Of a DNA stretch of 64,000 nucleotides, positions 26,591-40,667 are shown one piece after another. The notes under the pieces were generated by a model, which saw only the letters and a program-made list of their open reading frames with translations, was not told where the DNA came from and did not search any database. The DNA is taken from NCBI RefSeq assembly GCF_009914755.1, contig NC_060934.1. One strand, written 5' to 3'. Both the position numbers and the translations under genes were made by a program. This DNA comes from the human T2T-CHM13v2.0 reference genome, Homo sapiens. Position 1 is the first letter of the stretch; each line of letters opens with the position of its first letter.

Positions 26591-26847
26591 GTGGGTAACA
26601 TAAGAAGGAATACATCCATTTCCTAGTATGAAGGGATTGAAATGAACACTAACTTAGTTGTATTTAGAGGTGAGTGTATTTTGGTGTTTGTGTGTGTGCA
26701 TATGTGCACATTCCTAGGCTGACTACTAAGCCAATGGTGCAGAGTTTGTGATGTTGAGTATGATTGATCATTCTTGTAAAAACCAAGTGTGGATCTAACT
26801 GATAGTTGAAGAAAGATAAACACCATTAAATACAATAGCAAAGATGA

Positions 26848-27184
<337 letters not shown>

Positions 27185-28639
27185 ACCAACAATTATTTTT
27201 AGATGTGGTGTCCTGAGGGGAGAGTAAGGGTAAGCCCTCCTCTTTGTCCACTCCTGACTCTACCCCATCTTGGAGTGGGACCTGCAACATGGTTTATTCC
27301 CATCTTCGGGAAATAACACTTTTTAGCAAAGTTTTGATGCGCCATTTTTTTTTCAACAGAGGAGAGGGTCTACTGCATCACACTCGCAGGGAAACTTCAT
27401 GCAAAGTCTCAGAAATGTTTTGAGCTCACTTAAAGACAAACCTGCCAAACTCTGCAGTAATGGAGTAATAATGACATTTTGTTCGTGCTGGAATACCAAC
27501 CATGTTCTCTTTGTCATTCAAAAGCTGGGTTTTTCCTCTCATCTCCCCTAGAGCTTAGCCATTCTTTATTTTCCTTTGGAGACCAGAGCATCATTTTCTT
27601 TCTCTTTCTTCCATGTGAAGGGACAGCCATGAGGCACGATGGTGCAGCTTAGATAATGTTAGCAAATAAAAGTTTTTTAAAATATTGAGCAATATTCTCC
27701 CAGCATGTAAGTCCCAGTTTGGGAAAAAATTAGGGCCTTTTGGAAGCTGCCTTAACTCTTTGGGGTCCCCATGGTACCATTTAGTAAATGATTGGCTCTG
27801 TGCATCAAACAGCACCCCGGTGGCCTGAAAGAGTTAACGCAGCTTCCAGAAGTGCCCATCGAGGTCCCAGGAAGGAGTCTGGGCCTTGGGAGATCTGGCT
27901 CAGAGTACAATTACTGTTCAGCTCACAGTGGCCCAATTTGCTTTATTGTGGAGTGCCTCCTGGAGTCCCACTGCTCCAGAGACGATATAGATGCTTCTGA
28001 GTCAAATGCCTGCAAATTGGTCTTTGAGGGGTTTGTCAGTGCAGGGAGGAGTTGCAGGGATTTGTTAGAAATACATCGTAGCAGCGTTCTCATTTCTAGG
28101 GAGGGAAATCATCTCGCCACAGAAATTCCAAGGCAAAAGGACAGACTTTTTCTCTCCAGGGATTAACATGTCTGAGTGGCAGTTGGCTTGCAGGTGGCAG
28201 CTATAAGTTTCGTAGATGTGCGAATGCTACTTTGGGTATGTGCACGCATGTGTGAAGTAATTCAAACCTTGACTCTGCCACTTAACTGATTTCTCTTAAA
28301 CTCCGGCTAAGCCTCAATTTCTATAAAGTAGACATAGTAATAGTACAAACCTCAAAGGCTTGTGGTGAGGATTAGTGGAGCTAATGTATGGAAGTGTAAT
28401 GCATAGTGTAAGTGTTTGGCATGGCACTGAGGCCCAAAACATTTAGTCATTGTTACTGTGTATCGTGGGTTTCATATTCGTTTCATTCACTTATCAAGTA
28501 TGTGTTGGAGGTCTGCTATGTCCAACAGTGTTTAACAGTAATCCAACATTTTGGTTGTTTTAGCAAAGTTCTAACCCGCTACTTTAAAAAAATTTACATA
28601 AGCAAATGCCAACCAAGTCTATTTATATAGTAGAAAAAA

Positions 28640-29590
28640 TTCAGATCCATACAAAATTTTGTTCAAAACACATGAGTACTCACAAACCAGTATATAATAA
28701 ATAAAACATTTCAGGTAAACCAAGCTCCCTGTGTACACATTCTATAGCTCATTCCCCTCCCTTTTCCTCCAATGGGGTTCTCTCTCTTGAATTTGGGGTG
28801 CCTCATTCCCTGGGTGGATGTTCACTTCTATTAGCTACATATAAGGCCATCAGTAACATGCAATCTAGTCTTACAGGTTTTTATAGACTCATACTGTAAT
28901 ATACTTTTACAACTTGCTTTTTCCAGTCAACGTTCTATTTCTGGGATTCATCCATGTTGATGCATCTAGCTCCATTTGTTTTTCAGTACTATATAGTATC
29001 CTATTATATAAATATACCACAAATTATTCATTGTCTTATCAAAGCATATTCAGTAATTTTTCCCTCAGTTTTTCACAGCCACAAATAGTGCCAGACAAAT
29101 ATTTCCTGTCCAGTACATGTGCCAGCATTTCTTTAGGGAATATACCTAGCAATGAAATTGCCAGGTGGTAGAGTGTGTGCCCCTGTAACTTTATTGGATC
29201 AGGTTAAACCCTTCTTCAAAGTGTTCTTCCAACCGATACTCTGTCAGTAGCACATGGGGGTTCCTGTGATTCCCCCCATTCTCCTACGTTTGGTATTGTC
29301 AGGTATTTCATTTTTGCCAACCCAAAACATATAAAATATTGAGGTTTCAATGTGCACTTTATGGATCATTAATAATTTGTTATTTATTTTGTCTTACATA
29401 AATGATCTTTTTTTCAGTTGTCTATTTTGTTCTTTTTCTAAAAACAGGTTGTTTGCTTTTTTCTCGTCTATTTTTAGGAGTCTGGATACTAATCCTCTGT
29501 CAGTGGCACGCATTGTGAATATTTTCTCCCAATTTGTGGCTTGCCTTTTCACTTTGTTTATAGAATCTTTTAATAAAGGGAAGATTTTTG
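28640..29590 (-). mobile_element. Old L1 (L1ME-like) fragment
   Basis: ggattcatccatgttgatgcat...ggatactaatcctctgtcag...tttgtggcttgccttttcactttg. Confidence 0.6.
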
Positions 29591-31246
29591 AAGGCTTTTA
29601 TGTTTTAACAAGCATAATGCTACAGCAAGACACACATTAAAAATGTTTTTCCTCTTGGATTTTGAAGCCCTTCTTATCTTTCCTAGATGGAAGAGCTCAG
29701 CTTAAAAAAGAACTCATTCAGGTCTTTGAGCAGGAGCTTAAGCGAAAGTGGACGGTGGGTGGTGCTAGGTGGAAGCGGGGCAGCAAAACTGCCTTCCGTG
29801 GAGGCCACGGATGCCCGGAATGTGCACAGCAGCTGACCTTCCTGGTGGGAACTAGGCACAGGGAATCTCTCAAGAACTCAAGTCCTGGACCTAGGGCAGT
29901 CCCTCCACTCTGGCCATTGGTCTGGAATGAGCCCTTCTCATCGCACGACTAGGAAACTTAGTCAGTCCTACTTAGCCAGTTCTACAACACAGTAGAACAA
30001 AGAGAAAAGGCCATCTGCTCAAAGACTTGGATGAAAAGCGGACTTACGAACAGGGCTGCTACAGAAATAGGGAGGGAATTCTGAAATAAGTCTGGCATTC
30101 CAAACAGAATTTTAAAACTCATGACTTCTACTAAATAGTATCCTAAATAATAAGGGGAAAAGTCTGCAGAAAAAGGTGATCAGGTGGGATAGAAATACAG
30201 AAGGGGCAGATAAGAAAGAATTTTAAGGAAACTGAAAAAGAGATTAAAAACAACAACTCGGACTGGAGAAGAATTTTTTAAGCCTGGAACTAAAGCCAGA
30301 AAATGTAAGAATAGATTGAGAAATTTGATTTCATAGGAATTTCAGATTTCTGTTTAGCAAAACCAAACAATAACAAATTAAAAGACAAAATGACAAACTC
30401 AAAATAACTGCCGTTATATTATGGCCTATCTAACATTTTTTATATACAAAGAGCTCTTTTAAATAAATAATAGTAAAATCCCTAATAAAGTAATAGGGTA
30501 AGAATAGAAACAGGCAATCAAGAAACATGAAAAGAGGTTATCCACCCTAGGAATCAAAAGGCTGCCATTGAGATGAGATATTTTTTCGCTTCTGAAGTTT
30601 TTCATTAAGGATGAGAGAGCACAGCGATGCTCAGTGTTGCCGAGGGTGTAGAGAAACCTGTCTGCTCACGGGAGGCCTGGAGAGTCTAATCTGCTCAACT
30701 TTGTCTGGAAGCTGAGTTAGTAATATGTACTAAAGTGCTAGAAAATAAAAGCACACTCTTTCACTTGCAATCCCACTTTTTGGAATTTATCTAAAGGAAA
30801 TAATCAAATGACTAAAACTGGGATATCTGTACAGGATTTGAAATGGTAAATGAGGAGAAACAGGAGGGGCTGGGTGAGGGCTGAGGAAGGGAGAAACCTG
30901 GAGAGGCACTCCTGGTGCTCCTATGGGGGCAGCAGGCACCTGGCAGGGCCATCCACCGACGCCAGATGCAGCAGGCTGTGGGGAAGGCGGTGGACTGGGC
31001 TCTGTGTGTTTGACATCTTAGGGGCTCGTGTTCAGGTGGATGTCTGAGCAGTTAGAGAATCTGGAGGCGTTGGTATAGGGATGATGGTTGAGGCTGTGAG
31101 GGTGGGTGACGTGGTGGCCTTTTGCATGCACCTGGGAAAGGAAGTCGAGCTGTCAGCTTGGGCTGGTGAAGGGTGGCATGGCAGGCAGTGCTCATGCCCT
31201 GCTTGTGGCATTGCTATCTCTGACCAAGTCCCATCTGTTGCTTCAG

Positions 31247-31361
31247 GCCTGGGAACACTCCGTGGGGATCATCTGCTTTCCCAGTCTCCAAAGGCTGGCT
31301 GAAGACGTGTCTGACCAGCTTGCCCAGCAACTCCAGAAGGCCCTTGTGGGGAAGCCTGCGG
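31247..31361 (+). CDS. WDFY4: WDFY4 exon 3 (AWEHSVGIICFPSLQRLAEDVSDQLAQQLQKALVGKPA)
   Basis: cttcag|GCC...GCGG|gtaaga; 115 nt, phase 0 to 1. Confidence 0.93.
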
Positions 31362-31573
31362 GTAAGAGCATGGAGGTGCTGGCAGACCCTCTACAGAGAG
31401 CAGTGCAGCCCTGCATGCCCTCCCAGGCCTCTCAGGCCCCCCTCTGCTTTCGCGTGGAGCTACAGTGTTGCCTGCCAAAGAGAAGTAGGCCCCACTCTGC
31501 CACTGAGTGCCTTAGGGACCAAGGGAAATGCAGGAGGAGGGAAGAGGGGTCGGGGAGCCCTGCTGTTCCTGGG

Positions 31574-31908
31574 ACACAGACATAGACAAACACACACACT
31601 GCACATAATACATTATACACGGACACACATAGACACACTACACACAGATGCTATACACACACAGACACTACACACAGACATTATACACAGATACACATAG
31701 ACACACAGAGATACAGAGACACATACACATACACTACACACACAGACATACACACTACACACAGACACATACAGAGACTACTCACAGAAACTACACACAG
31801 ACACACACTCTACACATGCAGACACACCCAGAACACACTACACACAGATATACACATAGGCACACACACACAGACACACTGCAACACAGACACACACACA
31901 GAACACAC
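31574..31908. repeat. Degenerate (CA/ACACAG)n low-complexity tract
   Basis: Seen directly; source of the spurious His/Thr-rich ORFs. Confidence 0.9.
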
Positions 31909-32496
31909 GGGACCACGGTCTCTGGGAGGAAGTGCTAGGATTGAAGATGCACCTGTGTGTTCAGTGGAGCTCTTGGTCCTGAAAAGACACAGAGGCCAAA
32001 GTGCATCTCTTGTGGGGCCTCCTGACTTGCATTCTTCCCCTCATGTGCGCTGGTCCCTGGAGGCAGGGCAGAATTTCACAGTGGCTGAGGGCCGAGGGTC
32101 AGGAGGAAATTCTGAGGGGAAGAAATTGCTCAGCATGGTGTAGATTTCAGGAATTCTTGCAGCATAAGAGACTGTGTGATCCAGGAAGTAGGGGGAGATT
32201 CTGGATTGTGGGGAGTCTGATAGCCGATTAGCTTGTTCTTACTCATTGGCAATCAGGAACCACTGATGGTTGCTAAACGGGGACGGTGGCACAAAAAACG
32301 CTGTCTTCCAAGGAGATTAGTCTGGCAGGGTGTGGAGCGTTTGGTAGAGATGCAGGTGGCCTTGGGGATGTGTAGGCAAGATGCCAAAGTCCTCTACAGA
32401 TGCTCAGGCACATCTCCTGGGAAGAGGGGGCCCTGGATGGAGGGGAAGCTGAGTGGGCAGGTCGCTGTATGCCCTGCTGGTGACACTTTCTTCCAG

Positions 32497-32603
32497 AGCA
32501 AGCTCGGTTGGCAGCTGGACAGTTGCTGTGGTGGAAGGGGGACGTGGATCAGGATGGCTACTTGCTCCTGAAGTCAGTGTACGTGCTCACGGGGACAGAC
32601 TCG
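32497..32603 (+). CDS. WDFY4: WDFY4 exon 4 (EQARLAAGQLLWWKGDVDQDGYLLLKSVYVLTGTDS)
   Basis: ttccag|AG...TCG|gtaagt; 107 nt, phase 1 to 0. Confidence 0.93.
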
Positions 32604-33879
32604 GTAAGTTTCAGACCATCAGCCTCTGCCCTGGGCACTGCTCATCTAGGTGCAGAGGGAGGTCCAGCACAGGGTGGTGGCATATCCCAAGAGGGTCATT
32701 CGTTTCATAAAACAGGTTTATTATTTCTCCTCCCTCCTCCCCTTCTGGTGTAGAACATGGACTTCAGAGTCTGAAATTCCCACCTTCCCAGTTGACAAGC
32801 TGTGTGTAACTGTGGCCAGATTGCTTTACCTTTCTGCCCCTTGGTTGCATTTCTAATTTTAGGATTGGGGATAATAATGCCTCTCTTCTGGGGTTAGTGT
32901 AGGATTGATAACGGCTGATGTTTATTGACTACTTCCTACCTGTGGGGCAAGGCTGGGTGTGTCCCAGACATCGTCAGTTAATCCTCCCAAGGACCCTATG
33001 AGTCAGATCTTGGTGATGCCAGTGAGTGATGAGAACGCAGGCTTACCTACGCTGTGCACCTGCAGTCTATCTGATTCTAGAACCCATGCTCTGAGCCACT
33101 GTTCTTTATTTCTTCCTGTTAGAGTCAGCCTGAACGACATTCCCTGTAGGTACCTGTCTCGCCCTCGCCCAGAGATGAGGGCTCTCCTCTTTCTTCCCTT
33201 CCCACCCATACCCACCGCATGCCAGGAACACAGCAGGGAACCTGGGTGGCTGCTGCCCTCAGTGTAACTTCTCCAAATTCTTCCAGCTTCTACCTGCTAG
33301 CCAGTTCCAAAGCTGCTTCACTAGATGAACCCAGACATGAGATGGGCATTTGCAGCCGTGCTTGGAAGGGTGATAGGAGCACATCACGCAGCCCTTGTCT
33401 GGGGCCAGGGGGTGGTACATGACCTGGGAAGTTAACTGAAGGGAGGACCTCCTGACACTTCTTCAGGTGAACTGCCTGCATCACTGTCAGGCACAGCGAC
33501 CTGAAGCACAGCACGAGGGCGCATCACATGTGCCCCTGGGGGAAGGACTCTCTGCAGTCTAAGTGGTGACACTTTAACCTAAGGGCTTGTTTTTCACTGC
33601 CTGTGCATGGTGCATCGGGGGTGAGGTGGGGGAAGGACAGGGAGAGCTGCCCTGAGGAGGTCAAGGTTAACAAGGAGTCAAATACATAGAAGACAGTACA
33701 TTGCACTGTAAACCTTTCTGGCCAAGGCTAGGACCAGCAGCCTGCATCTAGTCCTGATCCTGGCCCAGACTGTACATTCGTCCTTCTCTTTCTCTGACTT
33801 CCCCAACATGTCTGTCAGGTTAACCAGTGGAATGGGAAGTTGCATGGACAGCATTCCATAGGTTGACCCCAAAGGTGTT

Positions 33880-33972
33880 CACATGTGTGCATGCACACAC
33901 ACACGTGCACACACACATGCACACATGCATCATGCACACACACACACGTGCGTGCGCACACACGCACACACA
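33880..33972. repeat. Alternating purine-pyrimidine (CA/TG/CG) tract
   Basis: cacatgtgtgcatgcacacacacacgtgcac...cgtgcgtgcgcacacacgcacaca. Confidence 0.9.
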
Positions 33973-34357
33973 GAGGGTGCAGGTGCAGTAATCCTGGTGG
34001 AGCTGCAGGCAAAGCCCCAGGAAGAAAGACCCCAGGAAGCTCCTGGCAGGCTGGTCTCCATCTCTGCAGAGTTCCTGTCCTCTTGGCCTCTGTCTGGCAG
34101 CCCTGAGCTGTTTAGTTGAGTTGCTGGCTGTCTGATTGTCAGTCATCACCTATTGCACTCTTTGGACCTTGACGAGATCTGTCTGGGATCTAGATGAGAG
34201 GTTGGGGAGGGGCCTGATCAGGTCCTCACCATTGTTGCTCACACACATATTATCAGCCTCACCTCTGGACTGCTTTCCCTTCCTAATCATGAGGCCCTGG
34301 ACCACAGTCACACAGTATGATTTGTTAGGAAGCCCTTATGTTCTAATTTCTACAGTC

Positions 34358-34432
34358 CCTCCCCTTTTCCCTCCTTTCCACCCTCCCTCCCTCCCTCTCT
34401 CCCTCCCTCTCTCCCTCCCTTCCTTCCTTCCA
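34358..34432. repeat. (CCCT/CCTT)n polypyrimidine tract
   Basis: Seen directly. Confidence 0.85.
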
Positions 34433-34668
34433 TCTATGAATCTTATAAAGGAGCTATAGAGCACATAGTAAGCACTTTATATAAACTTAATCTTCACAGC
34501 CACCCTAGGTGCATCCTCTGGTTGTCAGCATTTCACACTTGAGGACTGGAGCCCAGAGGGACTGTCCCATGGCCTCACTGAAATGGCTGCAGGGGCCTGA
34601 TCCTGGGTCTGGGCTGACCTGCTTCTGCTGCCTTGCTGCCTGGGGTCACGTGTGCTCTTCTCTTGCAG

Positions 34669-34803
34669 GAGACGCTGGGCAGGGTTGCTGAGTCTGGGCT
34701 TCCAGCCCTGCTCCTACAGTGCCTTTACCTCTTCTTTGTCTTTCCTCTGGACAAAGATGAGCTTCTTGAGAGTGATCTTCAAGTTCAAAAGATGTTCGTG
34801 CAG
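34669..34803 (+). CDS. WDFY4: WDFY4 exon 5 (ETLGRVAESGLPALLLQCLYLFFVFPLDKDELLESDLQVQKMFVQ)
   Basis: ttgcag|GAG...CAG|gtgagt; 135 nt, phase 0 to 0. Confidence 0.94.
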
Positions 34804-36059
34804 GTGAGTTCAAGGAGGGCCTCCAATTCCCTGGGTCAAAACCTCACTTCGGGGACAGACTCTCCAATGCTTCCCGTAGATGCTTTTGTCTTTCTCAGCC
34901 CTGGTTCCTGAACTCCTCTGTTCTCCCAGAGGGTCTAACCTCCCCCTCCCCTCCCCACCACTGCACAGTCTGCCCCACTAGCAAAATAGTAGCCAAAATT
35001 TTCTAAATATAAGCTTTGTACCCACCCCTGTGCCATGGCCTCACATGGGTCACCTCCAGGATTGCTGTCTGCCATCACAGGATGTAAATAGTGTTGTCAT
35101 CCTGGGTCCATACAAACTGAGGCATGGTGAGTGAGCATGGGGTCTGGGGTCATAGAAGTCTTGGGTGGGGCTGGGATTGGCACCCTTGAGTAAACTTGAG
35201 TTTACATGTTCTCGGTGCCTCTTCCTTCCTCTCAGAAGACATCTCAGGCCTCTAAGCATCAAATGCAATTTCCTTCTGTCATTCCCCATCTTTCCTCTTC
35301 TCTTTGACTGACTAACTTCTCACCTCCTTCCCCTGCCCACTTCCGGGCAGTTTCTGCTTTCTCACCTTCTGAGACTCTGAGCTCTCTAGATAACCCTTCC
35401 TGCTCCCTGAGCTTGCAGGGGACGGTATGGAGGATCGTGTGGCCCGGGAGGATACAGAGGACTGTGGGGCCCGTCGCTGTGTGTCCAGTGTCTGCAGTGT
35501 CTCACACAGAGCAGGTGCCTGTGACTGTTCAGTGAATTCCCAAATGCAGCTGTCCATGGTACACACATGTCCACATTGGCATCCACATTAGACGAATTCC
35601 CAAGCCCATTCCTCATTTCCAGAGGGTAGTGCATGAGTTCTGGCAGGTTCCATTAACAGTGGGTTACCCTCTGAGCTGCATTTGTGGAAATGTAGGTGTC
35701 ATCTGCTTGTATGTAAATCATATTCTAATTGGAGGCCAGGACGCTGCACCAGGCACTTTCACAAATGTTTACTGTGTGGCTTTTAGGTGCCCTGAAGGGA
35801 AGTAGTGCAGGGTCTGTCTTCGAGGTCTTCTGGGTATGTGGACAGAATGTGTGCCACAGGGAATAGACCATTCCTGCATTGCTCAAGGGTTTCTGTTACT
35901 TCATTTCACAAAAATATACAGAGCCCCTACTGTGCGCAGCTCTATGGCAGACAGATGGTTGCTGCAGCAAGCATAGGGCTTCACTTTGAGAGGTGACAGA
36001 AGGATGAAGAAGTCAAACAAGGGGAAAACAATCCAGGAATAAGTGTGTTGTTAGCAATT

Positions 36060-36109
36060 AAAAAAATAGAGATGGGGCTTTTCTCTGTTGCCCAGGCTGG
36101 AGTGCAGTA
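36060..36109 (-). mobile_element. Extremely 5'-truncated Alu-type 3' end (about 50 bp) with TSD
   Basis: agagatggggcttttctctgttgcccaggctggagtgcagta flanked by GTTAGCAATT at 36050-59 and 36110-19. Confidence 0.7.
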
Positions 36110-37116
36110 GTTAGCAATTTTTTAAGTGCTATGTAGGTAAAGCCAAAGGTATACTGGGCAATGATGGTGACAGGCTTTTATTTGTATGAGAGAAATCAGT
36201 GGAGTCTATTCTGAGGGCATGGCATTTAACCAGAGAGCTGAGGGTTGTCAGGGTCTGAGGAGGTAGTGTGGCCGGGTGGGGTGGAGGAAGTGGAGAGGAG
36301 CAGAGAAATGGCAATGCAAGCCCAGGGACAGGTGAGACCTTGGTCACATGGCCACAGCTACCTGCAAGGGAGGCAGGGAAATGGGACCTACAGCTGTGGT
36401 CCATGAAGCCCAGCTTCTCTCTGTATCAGACTAGAAGGGGAAAATGTCTTCCCATGGAAGTAGCTTGTGATATTTGTCACACTGGCAGCAGGTCCTGTTG
36501 GACCCCCAAGAGCCCAGGGGGGAGCTGCAGTGGATAAAGTGAGTGAGAAGGCAGTGCTAGTCCATGCAGGATGCTATGGGCCATGCTACGGTGGTGGGAT
36601 TTTATCCCAAGTGGAGAGGGAGGTTTTGCAAGTCCCTCTGTTAGCCATCAGGAAAGGGGATTGGCGGGAACAAGGAACACAGTTAGGAGGCTTTATGCTG
36701 ACTCTTGTGGTCTCATGGAGAAGTAGAGTCTGAGTGTCAACAAGGAATTCTGAAACACTTCCCTTTTTAAATAGCACAAGGTTCTGTTAATTCTATACCT
36801 TAATTGTGGGTGACATTTTCTGGTATTCCCATTAAAAAGACACAAATTCAATTACTTCTTTATTATTCTGATTTGGAAGGGATAACAATTACTTGTATAG
36901 GGTTAATGCGGTCAGAATTGAGCCCCAGGCCCTGCCACCCTTTCCTAGGGGGCTCTGTTGACCCTGCTGGTCTGGGACAGAGGGTGACCCCATTCAATCC
37001 TGTCCTTCTCACAGAGACATGCTCATCAGTGCTCCAGAGAAGTAGGGAACAAATCCATCTGAGGAAGGAGACTTCCTAACCAGGTCTCCTTGACTGTTTA
37101 TCTTCTTATTTTTCAG

Positions 37117-37306
37117 ATGTTGCTCAATATTTGCAGTGACTCTCAGGGCCTGGAGGGACTCCTCTCAGGAAGTGAGCTGCAGTCTCTGCTGATTGCCACG
37201 ACCTGCCTTCGGGAGCACAGCTGCTGCTTCTGGAAGGAACCCACCTTCTGCGTGCTAAGGGCAATCTCCAAGGCCCAGAACCTCAGCATCATCCAGTACC
37301 TGCAGG
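37117..37306 (+). CDS. WDFY4: WDFY4 exon 6 (MLLNICSDSQG...SIIQYLQ)
   Basis: tttcag|ATG...CAGG|gtatgg; 190 nt, phase 0 to 1. Confidence 0.93.
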
Positions 37307-38705
37307 GTATGGCCCGGGAAATTAGATGTGGGCTGTGGGCCATGCAAGGGCTTCCCTTGAACTCAGAGCAAAGGCTGAGGGCCCACTTTCTACAATGAGA
37401 CTTGGGATGCTCTTGCAGCCTCTTATAGAATTTTGGGACCAAAGAAGAGATGAATGAGCAGTCATGTCCGGTAGATAATTCTACATGGCTTGGCTCCCTT
37501 CATGTAAGTGCTTTTCTTGTTCATTTTGCTGCTCCATTGGAGAAAGCAGGGAAAGAGGATCTCACTATGCACACACTACCAATCAGACACTGTGCTGGGC
37601 CCCTTTGTACATTATCTTGCTTGTTTCTTTGAGATAGCTATTAATGCCATTTTAGAATGGGGAAAATAAACATTAAGACTAGTAGAAGAATTTTTCAAGG
37701 CTATTCACCTAGTTAGGAAGAGAATGCACTTTCAAACTTAAAGATGCCTGATTCCGGCACCCTCATTTATACACTGGGAACTATGTGTAGGGGTTAAGGC
37801 CAAAGACTCTGGAGCCAGACAGCCAGGACTGGACTCCAGCTCTGTCCTCATAGCTGAGTGATCTCAGGCACTTAACCATTGGGGTGCCTCAGTTCTCTCA
37901 TCCGTAAAGTGGGGATAATAATGCTGCTGATCTTATTGGATTGTTGTGATTCTTTGCGGCTCTTCTGAGTCCTTGCAGCTGAGAGGCTGAGCTTGCATTA
38001 TCTCAAGCTCTCATAGGTACTTTCTCTGATCCACTGGATTGGCTTCCCCAGCACTCAGAAGAGGCTTCTCTTGATGAGAGATTTCTAAAAACAGTGACCC
38101 ATCCAAATGCAAATCTGAGGACCTCTCTCTTCAGACTCAAATCTTCCCCTGGCTCCGCACCACTCTGGTGGGGTAGCCAGTAAGCCCCATGGCCTGTCCC
38201 CTAGGAATGGGCCACACCCTCCTTCCTCTCTGTGGGCCACACTTCAGTGTTCCAATCCCCTGGCTTCTTCAGTATCCAAAGCACCCCATCTTTTTACCCT
38301 CTGCCTCCTCACATGTTCATACATCCTCCCCTGCATTTTTCATCAAGGTAATTTCTGCTCAGCTCCAGCATTGCCTCCTTAAGGTCTGAGATGAGCTCAG
38401 GTCTTGCATTTTACATCTCACTACCTAATGGACCTGGACTCCCCCTTCTTGCTGAGAATTAGGGACAGAGGGCTGAGGGGCTGCCTTCCTCTCCTGTGTC
38501 ACCTGCTGGGCTTGCAGAGTGCAGCTGTCAGGATGGCACTTTCTCTGGGGTGGTCTTCCTGATCCAAGAGCCAGCAGAACATGTTTTGGATTAATTCCCA
38601 TTCATGTCTTGACATGTTGTTTGGAGTAGGGGAGGTAGGTGGACCATGGCAGGAAAGCTCTTGCTTCCAAGCTCAGCAGGTCTCTCCTGTGCTTCCCTCC
38701 TGCAG

Positions 38706-38895
38706 CCACAGACTGTGTCAGGCTCTCCCTCCAGAACCTCTCCAGGCTCACGGACACTCTCCCTGCCCCTGAAGTGAGCGAGGCTGTAAGCCTGATCTTG
38801 GGATTCGTGAAGGACTCCTACCCCGTCTCCTCGGCTCTGTTCCTGGAGTTTGAGAATTCAGAGGGCTATCCTCTGCTGCTCAAAGTGTTACTTCG
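38706..38895 (+). CDS. WDFY4: WDFY4 exon 7 (ATDCVRLSLQNLSRL...YPLLLKVLLR)
   Basis: cctgcag|CC...CTTCG|gtaagt; 190 nt, phase 1 to 2. Confidence 0.93.
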
Positions 38896-40667
38896 GTAAG
38901 TGGCTGTGTTTGGTACGGGGAGAGCACAGGACCACCAAAGCCTTAGTCCTCAGAATCATTGGGGTGCTTTGCAGAAAAATAGATATAGCTCCATAGAACA
39001 TGGCCAGAGAGACCTCTTATTTGCAAAAGTGATTCATTGTGCAGACAGGCATGGGGACCACTTCCTTAGAGAATCAGTAGTTTTACAAAGTGTACTTGTA
39101 GGCACCTGTCACCTGCATGCCTGCTGGCCTGATTTTCCCCGGTCAGAACCCAAACAGAAGCCCTGTCTGTTGGAGGGCTTCTGGCACTGCTGTAAGCTGC
39201 CCTGCCTGTGTGCTTGGAGGGCTGGAAAGGTCTGGAAATGAACCACCTTCAGGAGCAGCTGCCCACCAATGACTGAAGGTGCCAATGGGTGCACATCCAG
39301 CACAGCTGCCCTTGGGTGGGCTTGCTCTGCATGGCCTCCAGAGCTCCCCAGAAGGATTAGCTCCAGTGGCCCCATGAGGCGCTTGCTTGCTAATGCTCTT
39401 GGACTGGTTTCCTTCCCTTCCCTGTCTCACGTGGCCTCTCCCCTACTGGTGTTTTCTGGGATCAACTCCCAAGTGAACTACCTCTTTCTCAAATCCTTGA
39501 AACATGGGAAACCCAAGCTCAGACACCGTTCAGCAGGGCCTGGGCTGGCTCCTTGCCTTCCACTCTGCCTTCCTGTATCATCTTCGAGTGGGGCCCAGGG
39601 ATTACAGAGAGCAAGGGATGGAAATCAAAGAAATGCCTTGATGGCCCAAGCTCCTCTGCTGATCTTGGGGAAGCTGCTATAGGGCAAGGCCACATACTTT
39701 CCCTTGGGCTTTGCTGGGCGAGAATGAGACACCCTCCTCCTCTGAGGGGTATATCTACTACCGCACTTCACACACTTCACTACAGAGCCAGGCTTTGAGC
39801 CTACATGCGGTGACTTGGACAAGGGGGCCAAAGTCCTTTGGTCCACCAAGTGTCCAGAAGGATGTGATTAAATGGCAATACCCTAGTGCCTTCCTCCAAA
39901 GGGACGCTAAGTGTAAATGCCCCTCTGGGCACATCACATTTTGCATTGGTCTGGGCTGTGACCAGCTGACTATGATCCCCACGGAGGTCTGTGTCATAGC
40001 ATTTCCTGAACAAATTTTTGGTTCATTGGGTGTTGAGTTTTCCCCAGAATTCTTGTGGAAGGCAGGAGAGGGGACAGAAACCTATTCCAGGGAGTGCCAA
40101 GAAGGTCCCACGTGGGCTCATTGGCTTTCCTTTTTGCCTTAACTGAAGTCACGCTGCAAGAACTTTTCCTCTGGAAATGGCAGGGCTGGAATAAGACTTG
40201 AGATGCCCTTCTCCACAAGAGGAGCAGGACAGCCTACCTGCCCATAATTAAAATACAAAAGCCACACTCAACCTTTAAATAAGCACAAGGAAGTCCGACT
40301 ATTTCCCACACCATTTTGTTGCAATGTTGAACTATTATATTACATCTCTCCTTTGGGAGGTGCCCTGATCTGCTGATGCCCTAACCACATGTCTTTTGGA
40401 GGTTCAGTCATGGAAAGTGACTTCCTGTGAGCAGATGGCATAGCTTTTCACAGGTTACAAATGCACTTCTTTGGATCTAAGACTGACATCTGCAGAGTGG
40501 TGTTTATCCAGGGCGCTCCCTTGCCTCTGAATTGCCTCAGGTGCAGACCTGTGGGGTCTTCCCCAGCTTGCAGATCCCCATTGGCTCTGTCTCCTTGAGA
40601 GCACCATGCACGCATGTGGCTGCTCCATCTAGGAAGTACAGGGAGCTGGCCTCATCTGTTCCCCCAG

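Noticed and set aside
31432-31938. His/Thr- and Cys/Val-rich ORFs (also 33815-34149 and 60334-60935)
   Set aside because: Translations of CA/TG simple repeats.
37580-37950. Back-to-back opposite MIRs (also about 32750-33100) as hairpins
   Set aside because: Independent, highly diverged insertions with little direct complementarity, unlike the 13.2-13.9 kb repeat.
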